Assembly (NCBI GenBank): GCA_963663965.2
Contig: CAXXFK010000032.1
Location: forward strand, 1 to 64,000
Direction: 5' to 3'
DNA from: Sedimentisphaerales bacterium
GTDB taxonomy: Bacteria; Planctomycetota; Phycisphaerae; Sedimentisphaerales; SM23-30
DNA length: 64,000 nt
In this document: one piece after another, positions 1 through 11,619 of the stretch
Position numbering within the stretch: the first letter of the stretch is position 1
Layout of the letters: each line of letters begins with the position of its first letter
The notes under the pieces: model-generated
Databases searched by the model: none
What the model was told of the DNA's origin: nothing
The model's input: only the letters and a program-made list of their open reading frames with translations
Translations under genes and position numbers: made by a program

Positions 1-356
1 ATCCAGCGGATGGGTTTGCAACGGATAGCAGGTGGCCACGGTCATGGCATTTTCATCGCGGTCGATCGCCAGCAAGCCATGATGATGGGCGTAGTTGAGG
101 TCACTCTGGCCACAAACTCCTGAGGGACATTGGCCGTCACAATCTGCTCGACAAACGGCACGCCCAGCAACTCGCTAAACAGACGCAGGACCTGATCTTC
201 GGTAAAGATCCCGCAGTTCAGCAGATAAGCATCCAGATCCTGGGGATGAGCCCCGTCCTTACTGCTGTCTTCATGGCGTTTACGAAGCAACTGCTCCAGT
301 CGCGCCGGATCGACAGCGTGGGTCTGTTTCGCTATTTGTAATAATTGTTGTTCCAT
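1..356 (-). CDS. gspE: Type II secretion/pilus assembly ATPase GspE/PilB, N-terminal part (runs off the window; apparent frameshift near 90)
   Basis: N-terminal YLLNCGIFTEDQVLRLFSELLGVPFV resembles the GspE/PilB N-terminal domain; lies directly downstream of the secretin on the same strand. Confidence 0.65.
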
Positions 357-394
357 ATTTTATAGATACGATAACGAGCCATCACTGGATCGGA

Positions 395-3300
395 CTATTT
401 CTCTGGCGCCGGGGCAGGTAGATTGTCATCTTCCAGAGATTTGATTTCGTTTTGACGTTTATCCGGAATACCCGGAATCACAGTAATACTCTTATAGGTG
501 TTTTCCATATTCCGCAGGTTGCCATGATTGTCATTGGACAATTTGATCAGACTGCTGAAATCGGGATCATTGACGATTTCCGCCTTGACAAAGACATAGA
601 GTACGCTGGTCTCTTCACCCCGGCTGACATTGCGGAACAGCAGTCCCAGCAGCGGGATGTCACCCAGAATCGGAACTTTATTGGTCTTGACTGATTCTTT
701 GGTCTTGGTCAAGCCGCCCAGGATGATATAAGACCCATTGGGAATCGTGATATCGGTGGTGATATTATTGGTGACCTTGGGCGGCGGGACATTGCCGCTG
801 GCCTCACCGTCAAAATCGTTGACATCCAGGGAAATTTCCAGTTTTAAAAAGTCCGGGTAAATTATCCGCGTTGATATCATCCCGGGCGCGTTCACTGATA
901 TGCGGAGTAATTTTCAAGGTGGTACCGGCAGATTCATAACCGGCGAACTCAATAATCGGGCTATCGGATCCCGCCGGAATAGTCGTTTTGGTGGTGGGGG
1001 TTTCGCGTTTGCTATCGATGGTGGCTTCTTTATTGTTATTGACCAATACCCCGTGGTTTGGAAATAATCCGGGCATTGCCCTGGGTTTGCAGCGCTTCCA
1101 GGGTGGCATGGATAAAATCGCTGTTATAAAAGGCGATGGTTGCGCCGTTACCAGTCACCATGCCATTGTCACTGACTTCGGATATATCCCCGATATTGAA
1201 CGGGCTGATAGCGGAAACCCCCTTACCGGTTCCATTTAACGTTTCACTGTCTTTGAGAGAGACCCCCAGATTAAAGGTATCATCGACACTGATCTGAACG
1301 AGGGTCGCTTCCAATAATACCTGGGGCATGCTCTTGTTCGAGTACTTTGATAATTTCCGCAATCATCTGGCGTTGACGCGAAGAGCCGCGTACACCAATC
1401 GAATAGATATCTTCCAGGGCGACGATCTTGGGTGCATCTTCGGCGCCGCGGACCATGTTCCGAGCCATTTTCGCCTTCCTGGGTTTTATCGGCATCGAGT
1501 AGATCCTGTAACGATGTCGCGACAAAATTCGGGAGTCTGGTTTTCCAACGCAAAGATTTCATACTGCCCCAAGGCGTCTTCCGGATCGACATCGATATAT
1601 TCCATGATTTCGTCGATACTGGTCAGCTGATATTGCAGGGCATAGATAAAAATGCGGTTGGTGGATTCCTGGATGGCAATACGCACTTCCGGCTCTTCCA
1701 TACCAGCCGGCAGCAAGGCCTGTTCCGGATTCAATAATGAAGTAGTGGACTGCTGTTCCGTAGCGCCACCAAGGGTATTGGAGCGTAGCGGATTATTAGT
1801 CTGACGGGTATTCTGACGGCCCATACTGGCTGTCACCCGAGCGACTTTCAGTAATGCCCAATTCATTGAGAATATCCATGACTTCCTTGGCGCTGACATA
1901 ATAGGGCTCATAAATACGCAACTGAAGGCGACCGATATTACTGGGCTGAACATCCAATACACCCATCAATTCTCTGACCAGCGACAGGCTTTCGGCATCG
2001 CCAATGAATAACATGCGATTGGTCCGGTCATCAGACAGCAAAAAACGGACCCCGATCCGAGATACGAATCACACCACTGCTGCCAGAGCCATACGATGAA
2101 GTTCCTGTTCGCCCGGTCCGGCCAATCATGGAACTCATGCCGGTACTGCCAGAGGATGGACCCGGAACATTAATCGACCGGCTGGTGGTTCCCCCCGCTG
2201 GCCTGCTGGGCCTCCTGCTCTTTCAGCACCGAAAACAGGTTGGCCAGTTGCGGGACCAATTCGCCGCTGAGCACATATTCAATCTGTATCGGAACCAGTT
2301 CCAGTTCGATATCGATATCGAGTATTTCCAGTAATTCTTTGACCTGATCGATCTGCTTACGATAGCCAACAACAATCAAACGATTAATCCGGTTGTCCGG
2401 CATTAAGAAGGGGCCATTGGCCCCGGTCTGAACAAAACCACTGGTAGTACTGCCAGTCCGGACTCCAGTGGAACCGGTGGTTGAACTGCCATCCGTTTTG
2501 GCCGGGGCCGACATATTGGGAAAATTCGCCGTAGTACGGCCGGGAGTGGCGCCAGTACGCCGGTTTCCAGTTGAGTCATCGTTTTTGGGATCATCCTGGT
2601 TCAGGGCTTCGATCAATTGACTGAGTTGTTCGGCCGCGGGTTCAGGCAGGATATTTTTCAACCGGATCATTTCAAGCTGCAACCGGCCTTCGGGTTTTTC
2701 GATATCCAACAGCAGCAACAGATCGCGAACTTTGGCAATCTGTTCATCCGATCCCACCACGAATAACCGTCCGATCCGGGCATCGGCCATTAAAAAGGGG
2801 CCGTTTTCGGTTGGTTTGATAAAGCTGGTTGCGTTATTGTTGGAAGTGGCTGCTCCGGTTACACCGGGGACTTGAGGGGCAGTCGGGGCACCGGCGCGGG
2901 GTGAAAGCCGGGGCGAGCTCTGCCGATTAGAGGTCTGGCCATCCTGCTGGCCGGGGGTTACTTCCTCGGTCACCATGGCTTCGAGCAACTGACTCAATTG
3001 ATCGGCCGCAGCATCCGGAGAAATATGCCGGATATCAATCATTTCCAGTTTAATTGACGGTCCGGCGGCCACATCCAGTAATTGCATCAGATCCATAACC
3101 TGATTAATCTGAACCTGGGTTCCAACGATAAACAACCGGTTGGTCCGGGCGTCACTCATCAGGAACGGGCCTTCTTCTGAAGGTTTTAAAAATCCACCGG
3201 ATGATCCACTGCTTGAAGAAGGAGTCGTCGGCGTTGTTGGCGCTTGCGTGGGACGACCAGGGATTGTGGGAGTCCGGGGCGCTGACGGTTCACTGCCGCC

Positions 3301-5430
3301 AGAAGAGCCACTTTCTCCTCCTCGATTTTCTTTATTTGCGTTTAAAGCCTCCAGCAGATCGCTGATTACACCGGCAGCATCATCGCTAAGCAAATAAACC
3401 GGTTTTATGGTTTTGATCTCGATGGGATCACCGGGAATCGGGATGTCCAGCAGCTTGATCAGATCCTGCACCTCCTGCAGTTGTTCATCACTGCCGACCA
3501 GAATAATCCGGTTCACCCGTTCATCCACCAGCATAAACGGTCCTTTGGCACCCGAAGTGGAACTTCCTCCGCCACTACTGGCGGATTCCTCCGGGGTGGT
3601 AGTCCCGGGTTGACGGACGGTTGGGATGGTCCGGCCCCCTACGGTAATCCGATTGGATAGGGTCGGGGGAGCAGCACTGGACGATTTGGAGGCAGTTTCA
3701 TCTTCGTGCAGGGCCTTGAGCAGGGATTCCAACTGGCCATGGACATACTTGGCTTCGGTATATTCCATATAAATCGAGACGATCGACAGATTCGGCCCCG
3801 GTTGAATGACATCCACCAGCGTCATGAGTTCGCGAATCTGCTCGATCTGGCGAGCGGTACCAATCACGTAAAGACGGTTGGTCCTTTTATCCGGAATCAT
3901 ACTGGCGCCTTTGGCTTCGGCATTAGCGGCCGTCCCTGCGGCTGCCGACGCTTCGGCCGGCGTGTCCTCCTCAGGACCTTTTAATTCCGGCCGCGGAACA
4001 TTCGTCAGCCCAGGCAACGTCCGTAACGGGGAAGGAGTGGGCTTGCTGACGCCGGGTTCCTCAGCGGATCCCTGGAATTCGCTGTCCAACTCTTTGAGAA
4101 TCGTACTGATCAGGTTCTTGGCTTCATCGACATCGAGATATTGAGGAGAAAATATTTCCAACGTGCGCTGGCCGCCCGGTTGATCGATCATGGCGATAAT
4201 TTCCAGATAACGGGGCATCCGCCGGGCATAATCGGTAATAATCAAATAATTAGTTTTGGGAACTTCCCCAATAATCGAACCATCGGAAACAAATTTCCCC
4301 AGAACGGCTTTGACATCGGCCACTTTGGCGTATTTCACCTCAATCAGTTGAGAAACCACTGAGGCATCTCCACCTCGTGCCATCGGGTCAAGCAAGGGAT
4401 TGAAGCTTTCGGTCTTCTGAACGACTTCGGCTGTCTTCAAAATACGGATATAAGGATCATCTTTCACCATCGAATAACCTGAGATACTCAGGATCTTCTC
4501 CAGCAAATCTAATAGATGCTCACGTTTGATTGTACCATATTGCTGTAGTTTGACCTTGCTGCTGGGAATCGTCCCGGCATCATATAAAAAGTTCAACTTC
4601 AACTCTTTGCCAACGATATCCAGCAATTTTTCCAGATCGATCACATCCTGATCGGTCTTGATAACTATCGCATCCGGCTCAGACAGACGGGGATCGTCGC
4701 CGGTTTCGGATTCGGCCTCAACTGCCCCGGTCTTACTATTATCCTGGGCAGGGGTGTTCGGCTCATTCACCTTATCCGGGGCGGCTTGAGCCTGATTGGC
4801 CGGAGGAGGTATTGTATTGGGTTTATCCGTATTCGCCGGAGTTGAAGTGGTGGTTTTGGCAGGGGTTGTTTTAACCGGTGGCGTAATAATCGGCCTCGGC
4901 TTAGGTGTTGTCCGGGGCGCAGTCATGGTTGGCCGTACAACGGGTTTTACCGGTGTTACAGGACGATTTTTACGGGCCTCTTCGGTCTTGGCATCCAGCA
5001 AAGCCTCCAATTCCGCCTGCAACCGTTTGGCTTCGGGTGAATTGGGATCTTTGTCCATTTCTGCAGCGATCTTTTCGAACATTTCAAACAGTTTCTGATC
5101 TTCCTGATCCAGACCGGTATCGATTTCTTCATCGGTCATTTCTTCGGAATCACCCTCTTCGCTCGCGGCTGACACCTTCTTTTCCTTTTCAACCACTGGC
5201 GCGCCGGAACCGGATCCCTTGTTGTTGCCATTCTTGTCGGATTGTCCACCGGTGATCCCGACGATTAACAGCATTAAACATCCCAGCACAATTACAGGAA
5301 TGGGTATCGATATCTGTTTATGGTGACACATGGCCCAGATACGCGTTCCTGTCCGGGAAACGGATGCCATGGCGTGATTTAACAGGCTGGTATTCTTTTT
5401 ATCGTTTTGCGGATTTTTGTGCTCGTTCAT
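395..5430 (-). CDS. gspD: Very long type II secretion secretin GspD (~1,680 aa), split by several frameshifts in its 3' third
   Basis: ORF 2170..5430 has repeated DxRxNRLxxxG...QIxxVxxLxxxLD Secretin_N motifs; fragments 1796-2041, 1486-1962, 1280-1525, 1036-1362 (PQVLLEATLVQIS), 810-1109 (YESAGTTLKITPHIS) and 395-895 (KVPILGDIPLLGLLFR) join into the secretin C-domain. Confidence 0.88.
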
Positions 5431-5491
5431 ACTATTTATTATCCATCATTTAACTCTAAAGCCAGTCAGGCCTTATTCACGATAAGATCAC

Positions 5492-6001
5492 TTACATTAC
5501 AATCAGCCACCGGCTGCCTTTTTTGCATAATCGAAAAGCAAATTCCACTTCCCGGGGCGTGCGTTTCAATTTCTGGCGTTGGTTTAAGGTCACGATAACT
5601 CTCGCATCCGCCCAACGCTGATCGGACGACAATTTGATATCCATTAATTCTACCTGCCAGGCCAGGAGTTGGGTTCGCTCGGCGTTGGCGCCCAAGAAGA
5701 TTGCCGCTGCCAGCTGACCGCCGACTTTACTATCGCCTTGTGCCGCCTGCAACTGCCCCTCATCCAGTTTCAGCAGGGTTCCCAAACGTTCATAATTTCG
5801 AATGGCCAGCGCGGTCAGGGCGTTATCTACGGTTTCCGCGATCGATTTATGCTCTGCGTTTTCGAAATAATCATCAAAGGCTTTCAAAGGCGAAGCCTCA
5901 GTCCCGGGAATCTCCTGTGATGGCCCTGCACAAGAGGTCAAGACCGGCAGACATGCCAGCATAGCCATAATCGCATAACTTGTTTTTTTACAGAGTGACA
6001 T
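5492..6001 (-). CDS. Putative lipoprotein in the T2SS operon (pilotin candidate)
   Basis: Signal peptide with lipobox LTSC; sits between the GspC-like gene and gspD. Confidence 0.6.
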   Translation of the reverse strand: MSLCKKTSYAIMAMLACLPVLTSCAGPSQEIPGTEASPLKAFDDYFENAEHKSIAETVDNALTALAIRNYERLGTLLKLDEGQLQAAQGDSKVGGQLAAAIFLGANAERTQLLAWQVELMDIKLSSDQRWADARVIVTLNQRQKLKRTPREVEFAFRLCKKGSRWLIVM

Positions 6002-6006
6002 AAACC

Positions 6007-7587
6007 TTATTCTTGGTTTTGATTCGCACCATCCCGTTGGGGATTATTCGTGGGCGGACGATAGGGCAAACGTCCTCCGGGTGTATACGATGGAATCCCT
6101 GCGGGCCGGTCCGAACCATTCAGGTTCGGTTTGCCGGGACCGGTTAACGACGGCGGTAAATTTTTCGATGGTTGGGTTTCAGCGGGCTCCGGTTCCGATA
6201 CGACCTTCCGACTGGGATCCGGTTTGGGAATTTCCAGTTCGTAATCAAAACCATCCTTGATTAAAATCACAGAACCGTTCTTGATCCGCTCCAGGATATA
6301 ATCGCCCACCTTTTCACCAGCCAGATAGAGCTTGTCCGACTTGTCGGTCGGCATCTTAATGTATGCCAGTCCTTTACCATCCGCTGCGACAATTGTCATG
6401 GTCACGGTAAACTTGGGACCAGGGGGCTTTTGCAGAATATAATTGCCAGCCAGCGTTACTTGTTTCTGATCTTCAATTTCGATGTTCTGGGAATCTGGCA
6501 AACCCCATCCCGCGACGGCTTTGTATTTGACCGTGTGTTTACCGGTTCGGACCGCCAGTTCAATGCCGCTGTTCTGCCAGGGACCGTTATCCACCTGCCA
6601 TTGCGCCCCGGCCAGCCTCTTATCATCGGGCAGAATCGACACGACAATCGTTCCTTTGGGGATCCGGGTAAAGACCCCCTTCACTTCGGCAACGGAGTCC
6701 TTTTGAACTTCAACTTTTTGAACTGCCGGAGCCTCCCAATCATCATTGCCCTGAAACTCGATATCGTAATTACCCACTTCCAGCTTTTCGATTAAAGCCT
6801 CATTTCCCCAGTTTTTACCCTTTACCCGCCATTTCACTTCAGTCAGCGCGATTGAATTAGGCTCGATAGCAATCTGAACTGATCCATATTCTATCTTCTC
6901 GTAAACGGCTTCAAGCTCAGTAACCTTTTCCTCTTCAATCTTAATTTTTGAGGCCTTGGGGGGACGCCAGCCTTCAACCGGTTTAAATTGAACGGGAAAT
7001 TCCCCTACCACCAGCTTATTGACCGCCTGGCCACTATCTTTCCAACCCTGGTTATTGACTTGCCACTGGGCTCCAGCGGTTACTACCTCCTGCGGTAATA
7101 TTCTGACCAGACCGTCGCCGTATTTAATTCTCTCGTAGGTAACCGTTAATTCGGCGGTTTCATCCCGTTTAATTTCTACGGATATTCCAGCCGGTGTCTG
7201 CCAGTCCGCAACCGGCTTGAGAATCAAACCATATTTCGCACCCTTAACATTTTCGAGTTTCTCACCACTGGCATGCCAGTTATTGGACGATATCCCCCAC
7301 ATTGCCCCGGCTTCAATAACTTCCGCCGGTTCAATTTTTACTATCAGATTGCCAATTGGAGGGCCCAGTCTGCGTGAAAATTCCCGGGCAGCAATGACCA
7401 GAGGGGAATCGGATTCATGGTCCCCGGATTGATTCTCAGAAGCGTCTGTCACTTTATCAGAGCTGGTTTTAGGTGATAGTACCGAGGAATCCAGGGAATA
7501 GTCCGGCATAGTCATCCAGCCAGCCACTGCCAGCAACGCTGCCAGGATAAAAAACGCTAAACTTATTTGCCAGAACCACTTATTCAC
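6007..7587 (-). CDS. GspC-like inner-membrane protein with four PEGA/Ig-like repeats
   Basis: N-terminal TM helix; four ~78-aa repeats (GxxxVxIxP...AxWxV...G.Y.I.FK.V.GW..P); C-terminal segment GLAYIK...LYLAGEKVGDYILERIKNGSVILIKDG resembles the GspC/PilP HR fold; Pro-rich tail. Confidence 0.55.
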   Translation of the reverse strand: MNKWFWQISLAFFILAALLAVAGWMTMPDYSLDSSVLSPKTSSDKVTDASENQSGDHESDSPLVIAAREFSRRLGPPIGNLIVKIEPAEVIEAGAMWGISSNNWHASGEKLENVKGAKYGLILKPVADWQTPAGISVEIKRDETAELTVTYERIKYGDGLVRILPQEVVTAGAQWQVNNQGWKDSGQAVNKLVVGEFPVQFKPVEGWRPPKASKIKIEEEKVTELEAVYEKIEYGSVQIAIEPNSIALTEVKWRVKGKNWGNEALIEKLEVGNYDIEFQGNDDWEAPAVQKVEVQKDSVAEVKGVFTRIPKGTIVVSILPDDKRLAGAQWQVDNGPWQNSGIELAVRTGKHTVKYKAVAGWGLPDSQNIEIEDQKQVTLAGNYILQKPPGPKFTVTMTIVAADGKGLAYIKMPTDKSDKLYLAGEKVGDYILERIKNGSVILIKDGFDYELEIPKPDPSRKVVSEPEPAETQPSKNLPPSLTGPGKPNLNGSDRPAGIPSYTPGGRLPYRPPTNNPQRDGANQNQE

Positions 7588-8178
7588 TAATTAAATCCTT
7601 GTTTAACAACGATTCCTCAAAGTTACCTGATCATAAGTACTGATTTTGATACTTAAATTCATACCTCATTTTTGTTAAATCTGCCATTCAAAAACACCTC
7701 ACCTGTTGATAGCTCCACATCAGGGAGGAGGAATAGTTTAATTCATAACTTTTTTATTTGCAATACTTTTCACTATAGTTTCCTCAGACTTTATCCGGCA
7801 TTTTAACCGGGTATTTTACACAAGTATTACTGGTGTTGGTCATGAAAAAATTGCCTGATTTTTCCACCAGGCACAACTATTACAAATTTACTATCTTAAC
7901 AGATTGTTACAGAATGTTTTATCGTCATAATCCGAGCCAACATCAAATTTGAAATCCTGGCAAAGGACTAAAACCAATTAAGGGAATCAGGAATCCTGAC
8001 TCATTTGTGCAAACAGCCTGTTTTATGCAATCAGATTAGCTGATAAAAACCTATGTTCAAGGTTTTCGATACCCGACTTTTTGCATACCCAAAAATCAAC
8101 TGGCACCCAATACTAACAGGTTCCAGCCTAAAGATTCATATTGCAATCTTCTTGGAGGCGACAGAGCAGTTTTCCGGC

Positions 8179-9906
8179 TTAATTATCAACAGATGCATCA
8201 ATCGATTCATTTTTTTTCTGATTGGCCTTGCGATCCTTTAATTGCAGGACTGGATCTCCAAAGAACACCAGATCCCAACTGGTATTATTATCATTACCGC
8301 GCGTTACCGCCAGGGTCAGAAAGCGTTGATTCGCATTGATGGGAATATCGATTGTTTCGGTTTCACCTTCAACTACAATTTTATTTGTTGCGACTTTCTT
8401 GCCATCCAGTAATATCCAGACATTCGCGCTATTCCCTTTGTTGCGATCCGGTATCGTGCAAATCGTCTGAAACCGTTCGATATCGATCCCGCGCAGGTCG
8501 CGCCGGATTTGATCCAGATCAAAGGTAATACCGCCATTACTGTGCAGATAGATAGCCGGACGGCCGCCGTTTGCCGACAGGTCTATATTCAATTTCAGCC
8601 GCTGTAAATCGAACGCCTGAAAAATGATGTTGTCGCTGTTTTTAAACGAGGCGTTCAGGGGCGGCACCCAGTACGAACCGCCGTTTTCGTCGAAGTTGCC
8701 AAACTGGATTCCGGTAGAACTGACTTGCGTTTTAAGCGCTTTAGCTCCCGGCACAAACACACCGTCAATATAACGGTTACTGCGACAGGGCAAAAAGGCA
8801 TTGTTGCCATTGCCGTAATAGATATTCTCGATATAAATAGGCTCTCCGGTTCCCAGGTCAACTCCCCAGCCAACCTCACCCGTTCCAAATCCATTGCCCC
8901 CGCCGACAACATCGGCCAGACTGAGTTTGTCGCCACGCCAGACCAAATTATTCCGGGAGGCTATTTTTTGCACAAAAGAACGATCATTATAACTGGTTTT
9001 GCTTACTTTAGCGCCATCGGCACTCACCTGTCTGGCATCGAAGCGGTTCAGCGTTTCGATCACAGGATGGATTGCCCGACCACTCAGAAGCTTAACTTTG
9101 CCATCAGAGACCTGGACCTGCGACTGGCCGGTCGGTGTCACTTCCACGCCAAAGGCAGTTCCCAGATCGACCACCCTGGAATTGGGCAATTCAATGGTAA
9201 ATCCAACTGCTTCTTTGGGAACGACCGCGAACGCTTTACCTGCTACCAATCGCATCTGGCCGGCGGATTGGATACGAAATTGCGCGGGAGCTTCAACGAC
9301 CACGTCGGTGCCATAGTCAAAAGCCAGGGCAATTAATCCCGCATCCAACTGATAACGTCCAGGATACAACCGCTCACCCTTTTGAGGCATATTCCCCTGG
9401 GGATTCCACTTCAGATCAATGGCATCTTCCAGCGAGGCCACTGAAACAGGGGGATCAATGACGGCCCGGCGGGTAATAATCCGGTCCAGCCAGATCAAAC
9501 CCAGCGAAAATGCCAGGATTGCCGCCACACTCAGGCCAATACGTTTCCAGTTTGGCGCCCGGCGCGCCAGCGGATCAAATCGTTGGGGAAGTAATTGATT
9601 CTCCTGATCTGCAGATTGTTCTATCGCATTACGGATCGCCGTATCTTCCAGATCGCGTTCTACGATCTCACATAAGACCGAATCGTTAAGCTCGATATTC
9701 GGTGAATCCAGTAACTTCAAACTGCCGATGGTTTCATTGATGCCGACATAAATCTCCATAAAATTCAAATAAAACGCACGAGCGGTCGCATCGGCGGCGA
9801 TCAGATCATTAAGACGATTTAAATCGGCTGAATCTGCCGTTCCTTCAATCGCAGCCAGAATTAATTCGGTCAGATCATATTCATATCTGTCTTGTTCATT
9901 CAACAT
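8179..9906 (-). CDS. FecR-domain anti-sigma factor with C-terminal NPCBM/NEW2-like domain
   Basis: TM helix, FecR motif SRVVDLGTAFGVEV...VQVSDGKV, C-terminal RFLTLAVT...WDLVFFGDPVL; start placed at ATG 9906, overlapping the sigma factor stop. Confidence 0.8.
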   Translation of the reverse strand: MLNEQDRYEYDLTELILAAIEGTADSADLNRLNDLIAADATARAFYLNFMEIYVGINETIGSLKLLDSPNIELNDSVLCEIVERDLEDTAIRNAIEQSADQENQLLPQRFDPLARRAPNWKRIGLSVAAILAFSLGLIWLDRIITRRAVIDPPVSVASLEDAIDLKWNPQGNMPQKGERLYPGRYQLDAGLIALAFDYGTDVVVEAPAQFRIQSAGQMRLVAGKAFAVVPKEAVGFTIELPNSRVVDLGTAFGVEVTPTGQSQVQVSDGKVKLLSGRAIHPVIETLNRFDARQVSADGAKVSKTSYNDRSFVQKIASRNNLVWRGDKLSLADVVGGGNGFGTGEVGWGVDLGTGEPIYIENIYYGNGNNAFLPCRSNRYIDGVFVPGAKALKTQVSSTGIQFGNFDENGGSYWVPPLNASFKNSDNIIFQAFDLQRLKLNIDLSANGGRPAIYLHSNGGITFDLDQIRRDLRGIDIERFQTICTIPDRNKGNSANVWILLDGKKVATNKIVVEGETETIDIPINANQRFLTLAVTRGNDNNTSWDLVFFGDPVLQLKDRKANQKKNESIDASVDN

Positions 9907-10460
9907 GTCGAACCCTCCCGGTATTGCTGCCGGCGTACACAACGTTGTAAAATCAGGTGCACGCGTGCCAGCGCCTTATTCACCGCTCGAACCGTACGAC
10001 CTATCCGTTCGGAAATCATCCGGGTACTGTGATTCTCTTCGTACCGCATGGATAACAGACGACGATCCCGTTCGCTTAAATTTTTCATACATTGTTTGAG
10101 TTTGTCGATCTGATTTTCCGGATCTTCATCAGAACGCCGGCCAATATCCTGTTCGATTATTTCAATAACGCTATCAGTAAATACCAACTTGCCCATCGCC
10201 TTTTTTTTACGGAAGCTAAGCACCTGATAATGGGCAATGGTTAACGACCAGGCCACAAAGTCCGTTCCCAGCGTATATTCATCGAATTTGCGCCATAAAA
10301 CCGTGGTCGTATCCTGCATAATATCATCCGAATCATTACGATTAGGAATAAGACTCAAAATATAGGTGTAGATCCGGTTGCGATTCGCCTGCAACAATTG
10401 CACAAACGCTTCGACACGCAATTCCGGATCCAAATTGTTTTTATTATTTTCCTGAGTCAA
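9900..10460 (-). CDS. ECF RNA polymerase sigma factor (Planctomycete/Verrucomicrobia type)
   Basis: Region 2 (DDIMQDTTTVLWRKFDEY...FVAWSLTIAHYQV) and region 4 (LSERDRRLLSMRY...ISERIGRT); coupled to the FecR gene. Confidence 0.9.
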   Translation of the reverse strand: MTQENNKNNLDPELRVEAFVQLLQANRNRIYTYILSLIPNRNDSDDIMQDTTTVLWRKFDEYTLGTDFVAWSLTIAHYQVLSFRKKKAMGKLVFTDSVIEIIEQDIGRRSDEDPENQIDKLKQCMKNLSERDRRLLSMRYEENHSTRMISERIGRTVRAVNKALARVHLILQRCVRRQQYREGSTC

Positions 10461-10802
10461 AGAGGATTCCCATTCTCATATAATATGGAAATGTCATTCA
10501 AACTTACAATAATGTCAAATACTCACTGCACACTCCTGGCTAACCATATAAATCATTATAAGCCACATTTATTGATGCAATGAACACTGATTATTTATAT
10601 CTTAATGTCCAATTTCAGGAACCGCTATTTTTATCACCACCCCATTGCTTATCTTAACGTTTTAATTGCAGCCACTTAGAAACTCACACTTTAGACTTTT
10701 TGTCAGAGGTTTAGCGGCATCCGAACCCAAAAAATCTTAACTTATGTATATTTTCATAAACCCATATCCCCACGCTTCTATCATCGATTACATCCCAAAA
10801 TA

Positions 10803-11619
10803 ATCGAGTAGGCATGGGCTTTGCAGCCCCAACCTCTCACGCCACCCGGCGTGCCTGCTCGGTACCGGGCGATTTCCTATGGCATTCCATTCAAATCCCG
10901 CCATCTGCGAGACAGGCTGATCAATCCTCGTTCTTTAAACCATGGCAAATTCATGGCTTGGTGCGATTGAGGCATGGCGCTTTTCCGCCAGTACCCCACA
11001 CCGCTCAATGCGCCGATAAGCCTGGCGCAGATTGTTTTTGGCGACAATTTGTTCCATCAGATGGTCGGTCAGGGGTTGAGTAGCCGAGATCGCCGCAACA
11101 CAACTGCACGCCTCGGGCCGGGCAGCTTGAGCGCTGCGCTCGCCGCCCCGGTCGGGGTTCATGTTTCCTTGAGTTGTCGGCGCCTGGTTGGCCATCGAGT
11201 GTCTCGCTCACAACGAGCCTGTCCATAAGATCCGGTCCTTCAGAAGCTTAAAGGAGGCTCCCTAATATGACCTCTGCTGACTTCTGCAAGAATCCATGCC
11301 CTCCTTAAGCGTTGTCGCCTCGATGGCACGGTGTCCATTATGACTGCCTTGCAGACCTCCCGGAGTAAGATGGCATGCCAACCGTTGGGCCTCACCGAAT
11401 TTACCGGCGTTGTCTCCGAATGAGTATCGGGCGCCGAAATCCATTGCTCCCTTGCCCAGACGACACCGGCCGGCTATCCGGTTCCTGTCCGTCGAGTCCA
11501 ACTTTGACCCGAGGCTTCCTTCCCAAGATGCATCACTGCACCGCAGTTGCCTTTGGCTCGCCGTCCCGCTCATCACAGGAACTTTAACCCCATGAGCATG
11601 ACATCATTGACCGGCGCAA
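10803..11619 (-). mobile_element. Class IIC group II intron, internally deleted (RT-less) copy, 817 nt
   Basis: Minus strand starts TTGCGCCGG at 11619 and ends CCTACTCGAT at 10803; domain V/VI sequence at ~10803-10875; colinear with the 5' and 3' ends of the adjacent full intron. Confidence 0.9.
10877..11195 (-). pseudogene. Remnant of the intron RT/maturase (N-terminus joined out of frame to the C-terminal end)
   Basis: MANQAPTTQG...NLRQAYRR matches the N-terminus of the neighbouring RT, then jumps at GCGCCGA (11010-11016) into sequence matching the RT 3' end. Confidence 0.85.
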
